Below are positions 20,201-29,499 of a stretch of DNA of 64,000 nt, in pieces (position 1 is the stretch's first letter; each line of letters starts with the position of its first letter). The notes under the pieces were generated by a model. That model saw only the letters and a list, made by a program, of their open reading frames with translations, was not told the DNA's origin and did no database searches. The translations under genes were made by a program, and so were the position numbers. Source of the stretch: a virus; IMG/VR virus record IMGVR_UViG_3300029928_000010. One strand, written 5' to 3'.

Positions 20201-20921
20201 GGACACCATCGTACTGATGGGCAACAGAAAGGACACGGACAGGCAGAACCTACTGATGATGGAGACCGAGGGGGACAACGCTCCTAGCATTACGATGTAC
20301 CGAGGCATCAACAGCTATTCCCTCACTGGAAAGTCAATCTTCGACGTCGGCTACAACGGAGTGAACATCGTCTCGAAGTACTTCAACCTAACCGCTTCCT
20401 CGGGAGAGAAGGTATATACTCCTGTGTATCGTGGCATCTGGAACGAGAGCACGGCATACGATTACTACGACCAAGTGAGCTACGAGGGAACGATGTGGCT
20501 CTGTATCGTGAGCAATGGGGAGACAACGACGGAAGAGCCTAGCGAGGATAGCGCATACTGGCAGCCAATGACAGAGATACAACGCAGGAAGCTGGTGATA
20601 GAGATGAATGGGCAGGACACGCTCGATTGGGGTGAGAACATAGATGTGACTTGTAGGGTCATGCGTGCCGACACCGAGATTGACACATCGACAGGTTGGG
20701 ATTGGAGCGTGGAGCGGAACAGCGGCAACAAGATAGAGGATGCCGCTTGGGGCGCTTTGCCTAAGGCACAGGATTTCAAAGGTTCTATCAACCTATCCTT
20801 CTCGGAGAGCGAGAACGACCTTGGAGAGGAAAATAAGGATGTGTACGGAGTGGTGTTCACGTTTAAGGCTTGGAAAATCGGAAACAAAGCTAAGACTCTC
20901 TTTGCCACGCTGAGTGTATAA
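17295..20921 (+). CDS. Putative tail tip / tail-associated protein
   Basis: 1208-aa ORF in the expected tail-tip position. Confidence 0.45.
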   Translation: MSTWNIYHKDGSKLTDVNGEQIIVHGLEYSDSWMGECYVTINFKNNAPIDFRIGDYLVYRGERFELNYEPGKDKQARKDTYGEGFVYDSVKFNAMQDELSRAEFLDVVLHDNELHYTALPKFSFYVETLDDLLDRIQASLNEQIGEGKWKIFSRCMERSVQRGVTEAEWNAAYGENTTNNVIDSKSITIDSKKCWEALALVNSKWDVNFIVRGRNIYVGTAGVVASHIFKYGLGEGLYEIEQNADSDQEIITRLRAYGSEKNLPSHYYADLGIKYFANITKVNAAENEKYHNVDLLLDLDYIETYFKTPRKFVVNGETNEQANGFVLQVTFDFKTIITGYVSKDYNTGKCRFYSELKGSQTDDGDEESQEKLDSFISQAKEGNTLLYISSGINSKTIPSANKEYAKNLPNNMSINRLMLPGFPHLSLQEYYDSLSETEKKYVNPSGREHKFSTDPHRPYIDSINIDKIGLRSESQFFDQDDKTNGIVDIYPTIEEMVINDVRIDEINEGVAPDDDGRFEDGQTPKVDIYLSPSIDFDINDLKDSDFAISMKDGYCGGRTFNVASYTKVDGRWRLTIERVKDDALDLYFPYKGYPINKGDHFVLTGITLPDSYVKAASLKLLKYAIALLDKNDYTRYVYQPKVDEIFMARQNDQAIADKTGTIKSLYQTLKAGDLMDFEDTDLHIDGQITIDQLTIKEEDGKIPTYEITLREDKEVGTIQKIQQQISSLESGNGGTGGGLTTAQVKSQVAAEGSKHFLSKQSDDTAQGLITFLKGLKLGSDYSVGSDGKAILSEVLLNVLRSIDFNDAEQTGFAFERRADGKYKLSITDLIVWGKAIFNTLQIRELSYVGGNIVLSPSASKITSVKEVYDEETNELTGWKCYLLADDGTTATFNTWKKLDQCRCKTFNIQSGVYENVSNKDYWRLVTDVSTENEAITDEQGNELYDGKKFAWIEIAKDNCMEGSDIPSAGDTIVLMGNRKDTDRQNLLMMETEGDNAPSITMYRGINSYSLTGKSIFDVGYNGVNIVSKYFNLTASSGEKVYTPVYRGIWNESTAYDYYDQVSYEGTMWLCIVSNGETTTEEPSEDSAYWQPMTEIQRRKLVIEMNGQDTLDWGENIDVTCRVMRADTEIDTSTGWDWSVERNSGNKIEDAAWGALPKAQDFKGSINLSFSESENDLGEENKDVYGVVFTFKAWKIGNKAKTLFATLSV

Positions 20922-20975
20922 AAAAATGAGTTTATTAAACATTAAATATTAACGTTAATAGTAATTTCATAGATT

Positions 20976-22301
20976 ATGGCAACAAACAAAAATCTAGGTA
21001 CGGCTGATGCTGTATCGACCGTTCAGCAGACGGACTGCATTCTTGCCGAGGTTGGCGGAAGCGTGAGACGATTGGAAATAAAGAACCTCTCGAAGAGCCT
21101 CAACCTCTCATTGTCCACCCCAGAGGTGTATGCCTATGGTATCGAGTTCGATGTTACGGTATCTTCTACCGCAGCTACTCGCATCGGAAACATGAGCTTA
21201 CATCGCACTCTTCCAGTGCAGACATTGATGAAGGGCTGTCTCCTTGATGATGATGGAAACGTGGTGGACTACCTCGACCCTACGGACTGGACTTCGCAGA
21301 CAAGAGACGGAAGCCGTGGGCAGGTGATGGTGGAGCTTCCAGAGTACTACGAGAAGTTCGAGACCGAAGGCAACAAGCGCAGGGTGTGGATGAGCCTAGA
21401 GCCTCTGACTGGCTTCCACAAAGTACCAAAACGCTACGTGAGCGCATATCAAGCATTCCTTAAGGATGGTAAGTTATGTTCCATCGCAAACACCTTGGCT
21501 TCGTCGAACATTAATCGTACGCAGTTCCGCAATTATGCAAGGGCGAGAAAGAGCGGTAGCACGGAGTGGAACTGCATGATGTACGACGTTCAGCGTGAGC
21601 TCTATTGGCTCTTCGCCGTGGAGTACGCTCAGTTGTCTTGCCAGACCGCATACAACGCTGCGCTTACTTCCGAGGGCTACCATCAAGGTGGACTCGGCGC
21701 AGGCGTGTCATCCGTTAATTGGGATACATGGAGTAAATATAACGGCAATGTGGCTTTCGTAACCAACGGTGTAACAGACACTCTTGGCAACCGAACAGGC
21801 ATTGTTACTTTCGACACTGGTACTAAGAACGCTGTCACCCTTGGCAAGGTTAGTGTATCTCGTTATCGTGGAATTGAGAATCCTTTCGCTCATTTGTGGC
21901 AATGGACGGACGGCATCAACATCTCTGTTGAGTCGGGTGATAGCGGAGCAAGCAAGGTATATATCTGTCGTGACCCTAAGAAGTTCAACGACAGCAAGGC
22001 TGATGCAGAAGGGTATACTTATGTCGGCAACGAGGCAAGAACGGAAGGTTTCGTCAAGGAAATAACCTTCGGTGAGTATGGAGACATTACAGCAAAGGCT
22101 GTAGGTGCAAGTGATAATAGCTATCATGCAGATTATCACTACACAAACATACCTACCTCTGGTTCTACCTTGCGTGGCGTGTTGTTCGGGGGTGCTGCGG
22201 CTAGCGGCTCGCGATGCGGTTTCGTGTCTTCGTACTCGGCTAGCGCTCCCTCGGATGCGAATGCGTCCTTCGCCTCTCGCCTTTGCTTCCAATCAGCGTA
22301 A
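20976..22301 (+). CDS. DGR variable (target) protein, likely a tail receptor-binding protein
   Basis: 441 aa. The C-terminal 40 residues are encoded by the VR (…LRGVLFGGAAASGSRCGFVSSYSASAPSDANASFASRLCF), cognate to the TR 668 bp downstream. Confidence 0.8.
   Translation: MATNKNLGTADAVSTVQQTDCILAEVGGSVRRLEIKNLSKSLNLSLSTPEVYAYGIEFDVTVSSTAATRIGNMSLHRTLPVQTLMKGCLLDDDGNVVDYLDPTDWTSQTRDGSRGQVMVELPEYYEKFETEGNKRRVWMSLEPLTGFHKVPKRYVSAYQAFLKDGKLCSIANTLASSNINRTQFRNYARARKSGSTEWNCMMYDVQRELYWLFAVEYAQLSCQTAYNAALTSEGYHQGGLGAGVSSVNWDTWSKYNGNVAFVTNGVTDTLGNRTGIVTFDTGTKNAVTLGKVSVSRYRGIENPFAHLWQWTDGINISVESGDSGASKVYICRDPKKFNDSKADAEGYTYVGNEARTEGFVKEITFGEYGDITAKAVGASDNSYHADYHYTNIPTSGSTLRGVLFGGAAASGSRCGFVSSYSASAPSDANASFASRLCFQSA
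22173..22290 (+). repeat. DGR variable repeat (VR)
   Basis: 118 bp aligned to the TR at 22841-22958. The 16 mismatches all correspond to adenines in the TR. Confidence 0.85.
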
Positions 22302-22328
22302 GTCGAAGCGACACGCAGCGTAACACGT

Positions 22329-22362
22329 CCCTATACCGCCCGATATTTATGGCGGTATAGGG
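22329..22362 (+). promoter_or_regulatory. Hairpin downstream of the VR (candidate DGR target-recognition stem-loop)
   Basis: Perfect 12-bp inverted repeat ccctataccgcc / ggcggtataggg with a 10-nt loop, 39 bp after the VR end. Confidence 0.5.
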
Positions 22363-22430
22363 GGTAAGCTAAGAGCAAGCAATAATGCGATAAGTAAAGT
22401 AATTTTGATAACAATTAAAACAAATAAATA

Positions 22431-22814
22431 ATGGACAATAGCAATATGAACAATAATCAGGGCAATGGCGAAAAGTCTGACGATGGAAGCCTTGCATTTT
22501 TGAACATTCCGAGAGACGAGAATAGTCGTTCTTTCAACTGCAAGGACGTGAGCCAGAGTAAATTAGTGAATACCTCATTTTGGCTGATTGATTTTTTGGA
22601 GGACGTTCCAACAAGATTTTCCAAGCAGAAAGGCAAGAAAGGTCAGACGCTTGTTATGGTGAAGAAGGAATTGAGCGACCCAGACAGCGAGGCGATGAAA
22701 TTCTTCACAGGCTCTACTGATATTCTCTATATCTTGCAAGAAATCAAGAAAAGGAATGCCTTTCCTCGAAAGGCTACGTTGAGATGCCAAGGAAATAGAT
22801 ATTTCTTGGAATGA
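22431..22814 (+). CDS. Candidate DGR accessory protein (Avd position)
   Basis: 127-aa ORF between the VR and TR, co-directional, and of Avd size. The sequence itself is not recognisably Avd-like. Confidence 0.3.
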   Translation: MDNSNMNNNQGNGEKSDDGSLAFLNIPRDENSRSFNCKDVSQSKLVNTSFWLIDFLEDVPTRFSKQKGKKGQTLVMVKKELSDPDSEAMKFFTGSTDILYILQEIKKRNAFPRKATLRCQGNRYFLE

Positions 22815-22840
22815 CAAAGAATTTAAGGTTGGCAACTTTC

Positions 22841-22958
22841 CGTGGCGTGTTGTTCGGGGGTACTGCGGATAACGGCTCGAAATGCGGTTTCGTGTATTCG
22901 AACTCGAATAACGCTCCCTCGGATGCGAATGCGAACATCGCCTCTCACCTATACTTCC
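22841..22958 (+). repeat. DGR template repeat (TR)
   Basis: 118 bp, the A-containing invariant partner of the VR. AAC/AAT codons fall at the mutable positions. The 64-aa ORF reported here is the TR itself, not a gene. Confidence 0.85.
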
Positions 22959-23114
22959 TAGGGAAAATATTAAAATGTGGAAGTTGCGACCGCACCTCTT
23001 GGTGAAAAATATAGGAACTCAGAAATGTGTCGGTAGGTGTCGGATTATACGCCGACAGTCGAAGGCTCGGAGTAAGGAAGCAAAGAATATTCATTTAATC
23101 AATAACATACAGGC

Positions 23115-24134
23115 ATGAGACGATACGGCTATCTTTACGACAAGATAATCTCCATGGATAATCTGAGGATTGCGGACATGAATGCTCGCAAGGGAAAGGC
23201 TAAATCTTATGGAGTAAAGCAATTCGACAAGGATAGGGAAGGTAAATTATTCGCCCTGCACCATATGCTAAAGGATAAGGCTTACAAGACATCGAAGTAC
23301 GATATATTCATTATCCATGAACCAAAGGAACGGGTGATTTACCGCCTACCCTATTATCCAGACCGCATCGTTCACCATGCCATTATGAATGTGCTTGAAC
23401 CGATATGGCGCAGCGTGTTTACGTGCAATACCTATAGCTGCATCAAGGGCAGGGGAATACATGGGTGTGCAAAGCGAGTGAAGGAGATAATAAGAAAATA
23501 TGACGGTAAGGAACATCTCTATTGCTTAAAGATAGACATTGTTAAGTATTACCCAAATATCAACCACGATGTGATGAAGGCGATAATAAGGAGGAAGATA
23601 AAGGATGAGGATACATTAGGCTTGTTAGACGAGATAATAGACTCGGCTGATGGGCTTCCGATAGGCAACTATATCAGTCAGTACCTAGCCAACCTCTATC
23701 TCGCATACTTCATGCACTGGGTGAACGAAGGGCTGATGATTGACGCAACGGAATACGCCGATGATATTGTATTTTTCTCTGATAGCAAGGATAGGCTGCG
23801 TGAGGTCTTTGTCAAGATAAAAGAAAAATTGGAGGGAGAGCTTAGACTGACCATCAAGCGCAACTGGCAGATATTCCCGATAGCTACTAATAGGTACACC
23901 AACGATGGAAGGGCATTGGATTATGTTGGTTATCAATTCTTCCGTCAGCAGACGTTGGTACGAAAGAGCATAAAGAAGAGACTCTGCAAGGAAGCCAAGA
24001 AAGCCATCGGCAAGGACGTTAAGGAAAAAGAGCTGAAAATGCGGCTTAGTTCTTGGCTTGGATGGACAGAGCATTGTAACGGACGGCACTTACTCCACAA
24101 GATAGGAATATACGACAACATAAAGACATTATAG
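23115..24134 (+). CDS. DGR reverse transcriptase
   Basis: 339 aa. YADD catalytic motif (ATEYADDIVFF) and the DGR-RT hallmark LPIGNYISQYLANLYL (IGxxxSQ). Lies directly downstream of the TR. Confidence 0.85.
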   Translation: MRRYGYLYDKIISMDNLRIADMNARKGKAKSYGVKQFDKDREGKLFALHHMLKDKAYKTSKYDIFIIHEPKERVIYRLPYYPDRIVHHAIMNVLEPIWRSVFTCNTYSCIKGRGIHGCAKRVKEIIRKYDGKEHLYCLKIDIVKYYPNINHDVMKAIIRRKIKDEDTLGLLDEIIDSADGLPIGNYISQYLANLYLAYFMHWVNEGLMIDATEYADDIVFFSDSKDRLREVFVKIKEKLEGELRLTIKRNWQIFPIATNRYTNDGRALDYVGYQFFRQQTLVRKSIKKRLCKEAKKAIGKDVKEKELKMRLSSWLGWTEHCNGRHLLHKIGIYDNIKTL

Positions 24135-24156
24135 TGATTTTTTAAATATAGATATT

Positions 24157-24552
24157 ATGAAGGTAATTTATGACAATCAGCCTACAGTATTGGAGGCAGT
24201 GGGAAACGGTAGCCATCGCTACCACTATGACATCAGAGAGGTTGAGGTTGCATCATCTACAGATGGTGATGGCTACAAGAATGCGACGAATAGCCAACAG
24301 TACGAATGCCAGGAGGTAGTCGTTTGGGAACCTCTGACATCCAATCGCATCACCGAGGCTGTTATCGCCGAGAAGTGGGATGATAACCGTGAGCAGAAGT
24401 TCATCAACGAGTATAATGCTGTACAGCTCGGCATTATCACCGACAAGGACGAGGTAAAGGCTCGCACACAGGCGTACAAGGATTTCTTAACGGAGAGATT
24501 GCGCTTGAAAACTATGGTTGACAACGACTGCAAGCTACTTGGCATCGAGTAA
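24157..24552 (+). CDS. Hypothetical protein
   Basis: 131-aa ORF. Confidence 0.4.
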   Translation: MKVIYDNQPTVLEAVGNGSHRYHYDIREVEVASSTDGDGYKNATNSQQYECQEVVVWEPLTSNRITEAVIAEKWDDNREQKFINEYNAVQLGIITDKDEVKARTQAYKDFLTERLRLKTMVDNDCKLLGIE

Positions 24553-24607
24553 CAGAACATCTCTAGTGAACGTTTTTTAAAAAATCTTTAAAAAATTCTA
24601 GTAGTTT

Positions 24608-25813
24608 ATGAGAACGGAAAAGAAATTCATGCACCGCAGATACGAGCCGCTTGTTACGGCTTGTACCTTGTCGTGTATCACGCCAGAGTCTACGCCGACG
24701 CAAATTTTCAGCGGTGGAGACTATCAGCCAAACCGAGAGGGAGCGAGCGGTGTGCCTTGCGGCATCTGCCCTGCGGTATCGGCTAACGCAAAGGACGGCA
24801 GCTGGCAGGGAAAGTCAAGAAGTAACTCGCATTTGGCTCAGATGCAATGGTATGTCAATGGGCAGAAGATAGAAACCTTGGCTGACTGGAAAGATAAGTA
24901 CTCCATCATACAGGCAGGCGACAACAAAGGTACTTTGCTCATCAAGCGCAACATAGGATTGAACGAGAGGGTGAGCCTGCGATTCGAAGGAAAGATTCTC
25001 GACTTTCGTAACAACGACCTTGTGCCTGCCAACAGCGATGAGCTTACCCTTTATACGGTGGAGGCGGCTGAGGATGCTTGGAGTGTTGAGACGGAATATC
25101 CACTGAACTTGCTTTACTCCACAATCGACGACAATATGCTATTGCACGATTATCAGGTGTCTCATGGAATTGCAACAACTCTCACTTCTCAGCAAATTAA
25201 CAACGGAGAGCAATATATGCGAACCGCAAAGATTAGCGTAAAGAAGGGCAAGACTTTGCAGAAGAGTGGCTACACATTGGAACTTTACCGCACTGACGGA
25301 GAGGAAGAGAAGAAGATGATGGTAGGAAACGAGCTTGTGGCTTTCTCCCTCACCAGCATGACCCTCGACCTGAGAGTCATAGAGGATGGTGCTACTTACA
25401 TGCTTAAAGTGTTGGTGAACGGAAAGGTGCAATGCCTAAAGACAATCTGCACCGTAGCAAGACTTCATAAGGCTATATCCGTAAAGCCAGCGGTGGAGAG
25501 CGACATCTACCCATCGACGGAGGTCTTGTTTCAACGTGCGATAGTGAAGTGCAAAGACCACGATGTGCCTTGTGCCGAGAACACCATCAAGATGCAGTTA
25601 CTTGGAAGCACAGCTTATGAGCAGGACGTTAATCTCGGCGAGGGACGTGAGGTAGCCTTTAGACTGTCCGACCTTATTATGGGCGACACACAGAAAGATA
25701 ATTACGTTGAAACTTGCTTCGAGTACGACTACAAGGAGCAGTATAAGGTTGCGACAGATGCAAGCGGTAACACTTACACTGATGAGAACGGCAATCCGTT
25801 CATCTTTAACTAA
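24608..25813 (+). CDS. Hypothetical tail fiber-associated protein (start uncertain)
   Basis: 401-aa ORF. The N-terminal ~80 residues are odd; an internal start at MQWYVNGQK is possible. Confidence 0.4.
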   Translation: MRTEKKFMHRRYEPLVTACTLSCITPESTPTQIFSGGDYQPNREGASGVPCGICPAVSANAKDGSWQGKSRSNSHLAQMQWYVNGQKIETLADWKDKYSIIQAGDNKGTLLIKRNIGLNERVSLRFEGKILDFRNNDLVPANSDELTLYTVEAAEDAWSVETEYPLNLLYSTIDDNMLLHDYQVSHGIATTLTSQQINNGEQYMRTAKISVKKGKTLQKSGYTLELYRTDGEEEKKMMVGNELVAFSLTSMTLDLRVIEDGATYMLKVLVNGKVQCLKTICTVARLHKAISVKPAVESDIYPSTEVLFQRAIVKCKDHDVPCAENTIKMQLLGSTAYEQDVNLGEGREVAFRLSDLIMGDTQKDNYVETCFEYDYKEQYKVATDASGNTYTDENGNPFIFN

Positions 25814-25826
25814 GGAGGCAAACGAT

Positions 25827-26063
25827 ATGAGATACGTATTGGCTATGGCAGAGAAGGCGGAGCTTGTTGGCTTTGACCGAGAGACGCACAACCTCGTCGG
25901 TGTCAACGGAAGCGACAATATGATGGTTATCACGGCAAAGGGAATGATGTCGTGTGCTAAGTTGACAGGCGACGAGAAACAACGTCTTAAGCAGCTCGGA
26001 GGCATTGCTTTTGAGAATCAGAGAGAGTTGGAAACTTATTTAAGAAACTTTAATATTAAATAG
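25827..26063 (+). CDS. Hypothetical protein
   Basis: AGGAGG precedes the ATG at 25827 (MRYVLAMAEK...). This is the 3' part of the longer overlapping ORF 25707-26063. Confidence 0.4.
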   Translation: MRYVLAMAEKAELVGFDRETHNLVGVNGSDNMMVITAKGMMSCAKLTGDEKQRLKQLGGIAFENQRELETYLRNFNIK

Positions 26064-26065
26064 AT

Positions 26066-27088
26066 ATGACAGATTTACTATCAGGCAGTATTACCCTTAA
26101 GCGACTAAAGAAGGGTGTGAACGTAGTGTTGAGCATTGAGACAGAGAATGCTGCTCTTTATCAAGGATGGAATCCCACGGACGGAACGCCTAAACCGAAC
26201 TTTAAGGATGAGGCAAACCAACCAATCCTTGTTCCTAAGGCTGTTGGTGGCAACGGACAGACAGCAAGCATAACTAACGGAACTTGGTACTATAATGGAA
26301 CGATACTTGTGGTTACAGGAACTGCCGACAAGAATGGATTTTGCAAGTGTTCGGATGCTCGCTTCGCAATTAACCCTAGCAATTACAAACTTCGTATCGT
26401 AGACAACATAGCTTCGAAAGATAACACAAGTAACGACTTGTTTAGATTCGTTGCCTCAGGCGAGGTGCAAAAAACATCTTACGAAACGGAGGCTACAGCG
26501 GAGCTGCATCTACAAGAGATAGGCACTAGTGCGGCTGCTCTCTACGTTGGCGGTAAGTGTACGTTGTCTAAGGCAGAGCCAACTACAGAATTAACCGCTT
26601 ACCTCTTTGTCAGCGGAGAGTTGAAGGATTCTGGATATAGCTACAAGTGGTATACTGAGGGCGGAAAGGTATTGCAGGACAGTACAAGCCGCAAGTATAC
26701 AGCCAAGAGGGACGATGTTACAGCAATCGGTGGTATATATTGCTCCGCCTACCTTACAAGCGATAACCAAAAGACTATCATCACTACAGACTTCCATAAG
26801 ATGACCGACCTCGGTGACGAGTACGAGCTTACCGCAACTGTCGACAAGGAATGGGATGGAACGAATGCGCAGACAGTAACTGCACACCTATTTAAGTTTG
26901 AGAACGGAAAGAAAGGAACTGAGGTTACAATAACGCCGTCGAAGGTTACTCATGTGTTCGCAAGCTCAGAGAATAACAAAGACCTTGGGACAAAGATAGG
27001 AAATCCTGTAGAGGTCGGTACTGACATTTGGGGGAAGATAACCAACGATAGCGAGGACGTTGTTGATTTTATCAGCTACGAGGTTTAA
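26066..27088 (+). CDS. Putative tail fiber protein
   Basis: 340 aa. Shares an N-terminal SITLKRLKKG-like motif with the next gene. Confidence 0.4.
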   Translation: MTDLLSGSITLKRLKKGVNVVLSIETENAALYQGWNPTDGTPKPNFKDEANQPILVPKAVGGNGQTASITNGTWYYNGTILVVTGTADKNGFCKCSDARFAINPSNYKLRIVDNIASKDNTSNDLFRFVASGEVQKTSYETEATAELHLQEIGTSAAALYVGGKCTLSKAEPTTELTAYLFVSGELKDSGYSYKWYTEGGKVLQDSTSRKYTAKRDDVTAIGGIYCSAYLTSDNQKTIITTDFHKMTDLGDEYELTATVDKEWDGTNAQTVTAHLFKFENGKKGTEVTITPSKVTHVFASSENNKDLGTKIGNPVEVGTDIWGKITNDSEDVVDFISYEV

Positions 27089-27097
27089 TAATTAAAA

Positions 27098-29473
27098 TTG
27101 GGGGTATATATGTTGTCTTCATCTATCACATTGCATCGCAAGGCGAAAGACGGACAGAAAGGAAACGATGGCATCGGTGTGAAGAACGCCGATGTCATGT
27201 TTGCCGTGTCTATGAACAATAAGAGCGATGCTTCTAAGATTTCCGATTCTGACTGGAAAACGAACTTCAGCGACTTAACGTTGAAGGAAAATGGGTATGT
27301 ATGGGCTTGCACAAAGATAACCTATACTTCGGGTAATGCAATATACACAGGAAAGTACTGCCTCGGTGGATGCTACGACTTCGCAGAGGTGACGGAGGTA
27401 TATGCGCTGAGTGACAACGGAACTGACGCTCCTGCTGATGGTATGTCTAATTGGAATTTGACATACTCTGCGCAGAAGGGCAAGTACCTTTGGACGTGCG
27501 AGAGAGTGAGATACAATCAAAGCAGCTCGAACTATGCGTACCTCAACAAGAAGTGCATTACCTATTTTGCGAAGGATGGTGTCAACGGAACTAGCTTTAC
27601 ACCTAGAGGTACGGCACTTGCACATTATACCAACTATGCGGCATACAAGGCAGATGGCGGCAACGGAAAAGACGAGGATGTATTTCTTATAGACACATCG
27701 AAGGGAGAGGATATTAATATAAGTGAGCCTTATATCATATCATTTGATTCATCGGGTAATGAATGCTACGACAAGGCTGACGTGGGCGATGCCTACCGAA
27801 TAGGAACGAACCTTTGGGTGAACAACGGAAGTAAGTGGGTAGACTTTGGTGACATACAAGGTCCGAAGGGCGAGAACGGAGAGGATGCGCTGAATATCTT
27901 GGTTACTCCTCAGACCGTCAATTTTGAGGTTGACGAGAACGGAAATTTCGTCAAAGAAAATCAAGGTATATACGTCATTGTATTTAGGGGAACGCAAGTG
28001 CTGCACTATCCTTCCGACTACACAATATCTGTAGGCAATGAAACGAACGGCAATTTCGATGTCGGTAGCAACAACAAAAACTTCCTCAACTTAAGCGGGT
28101 CTGCCGATAACACAACCCCTAAACTGGTATTGTACGCTGATGGAATAACAAGAAAGGAATATGAGTTCGGCGATACTTATAATAAGGGTCAAAAGGTTTC
28201 ATATCCTGCAAGTTCCGCCTGCGTATTGTTAGGAATACGCTGCGACGGAAAGGTATTCAACAAGACAATCAACATCAACGTGAGCTTCACGAAGATGTAC
28301 GGAAACACCGCCTGGAACGTCAAAGGTTTCGAAAGCACCTATGGCAAGTTCGTGAGCGATACGAACGGAAAGCTGACGCAACATGAGAGCTCAATCAAGC
28401 AGAATGCAGATAGCATAAACACTCTTGTAACAAAAACAGACGGACTTCAATCAACGACTTCATCTCTCCAAGAAACGAGCGATAGCATCTCTGCAAGAGT
28501 TGATGCGGTTGACGTTCAAGGGAAACAAACGCAAGCCGAACTCGATATGTGCGTGGAGAAGCAGGACGATGGCTCGTATCGCAGCAAAATGAAGTTGTAT
28601 GCAGATGATGTAGAGTTTACCGCAGACCACTATATGAAGATAAAGAGCGGACAGCTCGAAATAGAAGCCGAAAACGCATCTTTATCTAAGGACGGAACAC
28701 TTAAGACCAAGAACTCCGAGTTCGAGAACGTCAAGGTAAGTGGTTCTATGCGTTCAGATTATTCGGTTGTGAAGAGCGGAATGGAAGAATTGAATGTGGA
28801 TAACATCTGCATTCAGAGCGAAGAATGGTTTAGCTTCTTTCAGTTGAAATGGACTTCCGACCAGATAGGACGGACGATGAGGATAGCTAATTACACGGAT
28901 AATGGTGCGATATTTTCAACTCCATCATCCGATAAGTACTTTATAACAAATGGTCAACATGTAAGCGATATTGTTGTAGCTCCTCATCGTTGTCTCGTGC
29001 TTCATGGATTTGGCTTTAATGATAATCTTATCGCATGGTGCGTGGAAAACAGTTACTCTTATCTAAGCTCGCTTCCTCAGTATGGAATGAAGTATCTCGC
29101 AAAAGGTTTTGTAATATATAACAGCAATACAAACATAGAAATACGACAGAAAACGATAGGTGGAAGCATAAGCGTATTAAGGCTAGGCACAGGGTTGTAT
29201 CGTCTTTTGTTGCCTATGTCATGGAGCGGAGCGTATGCTACAAGCGGAGAATTGTTGGTATACCAGGTAGGTGTTATGCTAACAGGCTTCGGTTATTCAA
29301 AGGATGATGGCAAAAAAGCTAGTCCTATCAAGGCTACCGTGAAGGAAATCGGATGGACTAACATTGTTGGCTCCCAGATTTATATTGATGTATGGACTAG
29401 TGATGACGCATCGGTAAACGATGGAGATTTTCAGTTTTTGATATATAATCTAAACACCAACTTTGATGATTAA
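27098..29473 (+). CDS. Putative tail fiber / receptor-binding protein
   Basis: 791-aa ORF. N-terminal motif SSITLHRKAKDG is similar to the upstream fiber gene. Confidence 0.45.
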   Translation: MGVYMLSSSITLHRKAKDGQKGNDGIGVKNADVMFAVSMNNKSDASKISDSDWKTNFSDLTLKENGYVWACTKITYTSGNAIYTGKYCLGGCYDFAEVTEVYALSDNGTDAPADGMSNWNLTYSAQKGKYLWTCERVRYNQSSSNYAYLNKKCITYFAKDGVNGTSFTPRGTALAHYTNYAAYKADGGNGKDEDVFLIDTSKGEDINISEPYIISFDSSGNECYDKADVGDAYRIGTNLWVNNGSKWVDFGDIQGPKGENGEDALNILVTPQTVNFEVDENGNFVKENQGIYVIVFRGTQVLHYPSDYTISVGNETNGNFDVGSNNKNFLNLSGSADNTTPKLVLYADGITRKEYEFGDTYNKGQKVSYPASSACVLLGIRCDGKVFNKTININVSFTKMYGNTAWNVKGFESTYGKFVSDTNGKLTQHESSIKQNADSINTLVTKTDGLQSTTSSLQETSDSISARVDAVDVQGKQTQAELDMCVEKQDDGSYRSKMKLYADDVEFTADHYMKIKSGQLEIEAENASLSKDGTLKTKNSEFENVKVSGSMRSDYSVVKSGMEELNVDNICIQSEEWFSFFQLKWTSDQIGRTMRIANYTDNGAIFSTPSSDKYFITNGQHVSDIVVAPHRCLVLHGFGFNDNLIAWCVENSYSYLSSLPQYGMKYLAKGFVIYNSNTNIEIRQKTIGGSISVLRLGTGLYRLLLPMSWSGAYATSGELLVYQVGVMLTGFGYSKDDGKKASPIKATVKEIGWTNIVGSQIYIDVWTSDDASVNDGDFQFLIYNLNTNFDD

Positions 29474-29499
29474 CGCTTGCTGATTATCGACTTGGCAGT

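Noticed and set aside
21708-22292. 194-aa minus-strand ORF inside the DGR target gene
   Set aside because: Arg/Cys-rich antisense shadow of the GC-richer target gene. It breaks the co-directional late operon.
22811-23005. 64-aa plus-strand ORF
   Set aside because: It is the DGR template repeat read in the VR frame, a non-coding template rather than a gene.
23685-24089. 134-aa minus-strand ORF inside the RT gene
   Set aside because: Antisense to a motif-validated RT. No independent support.
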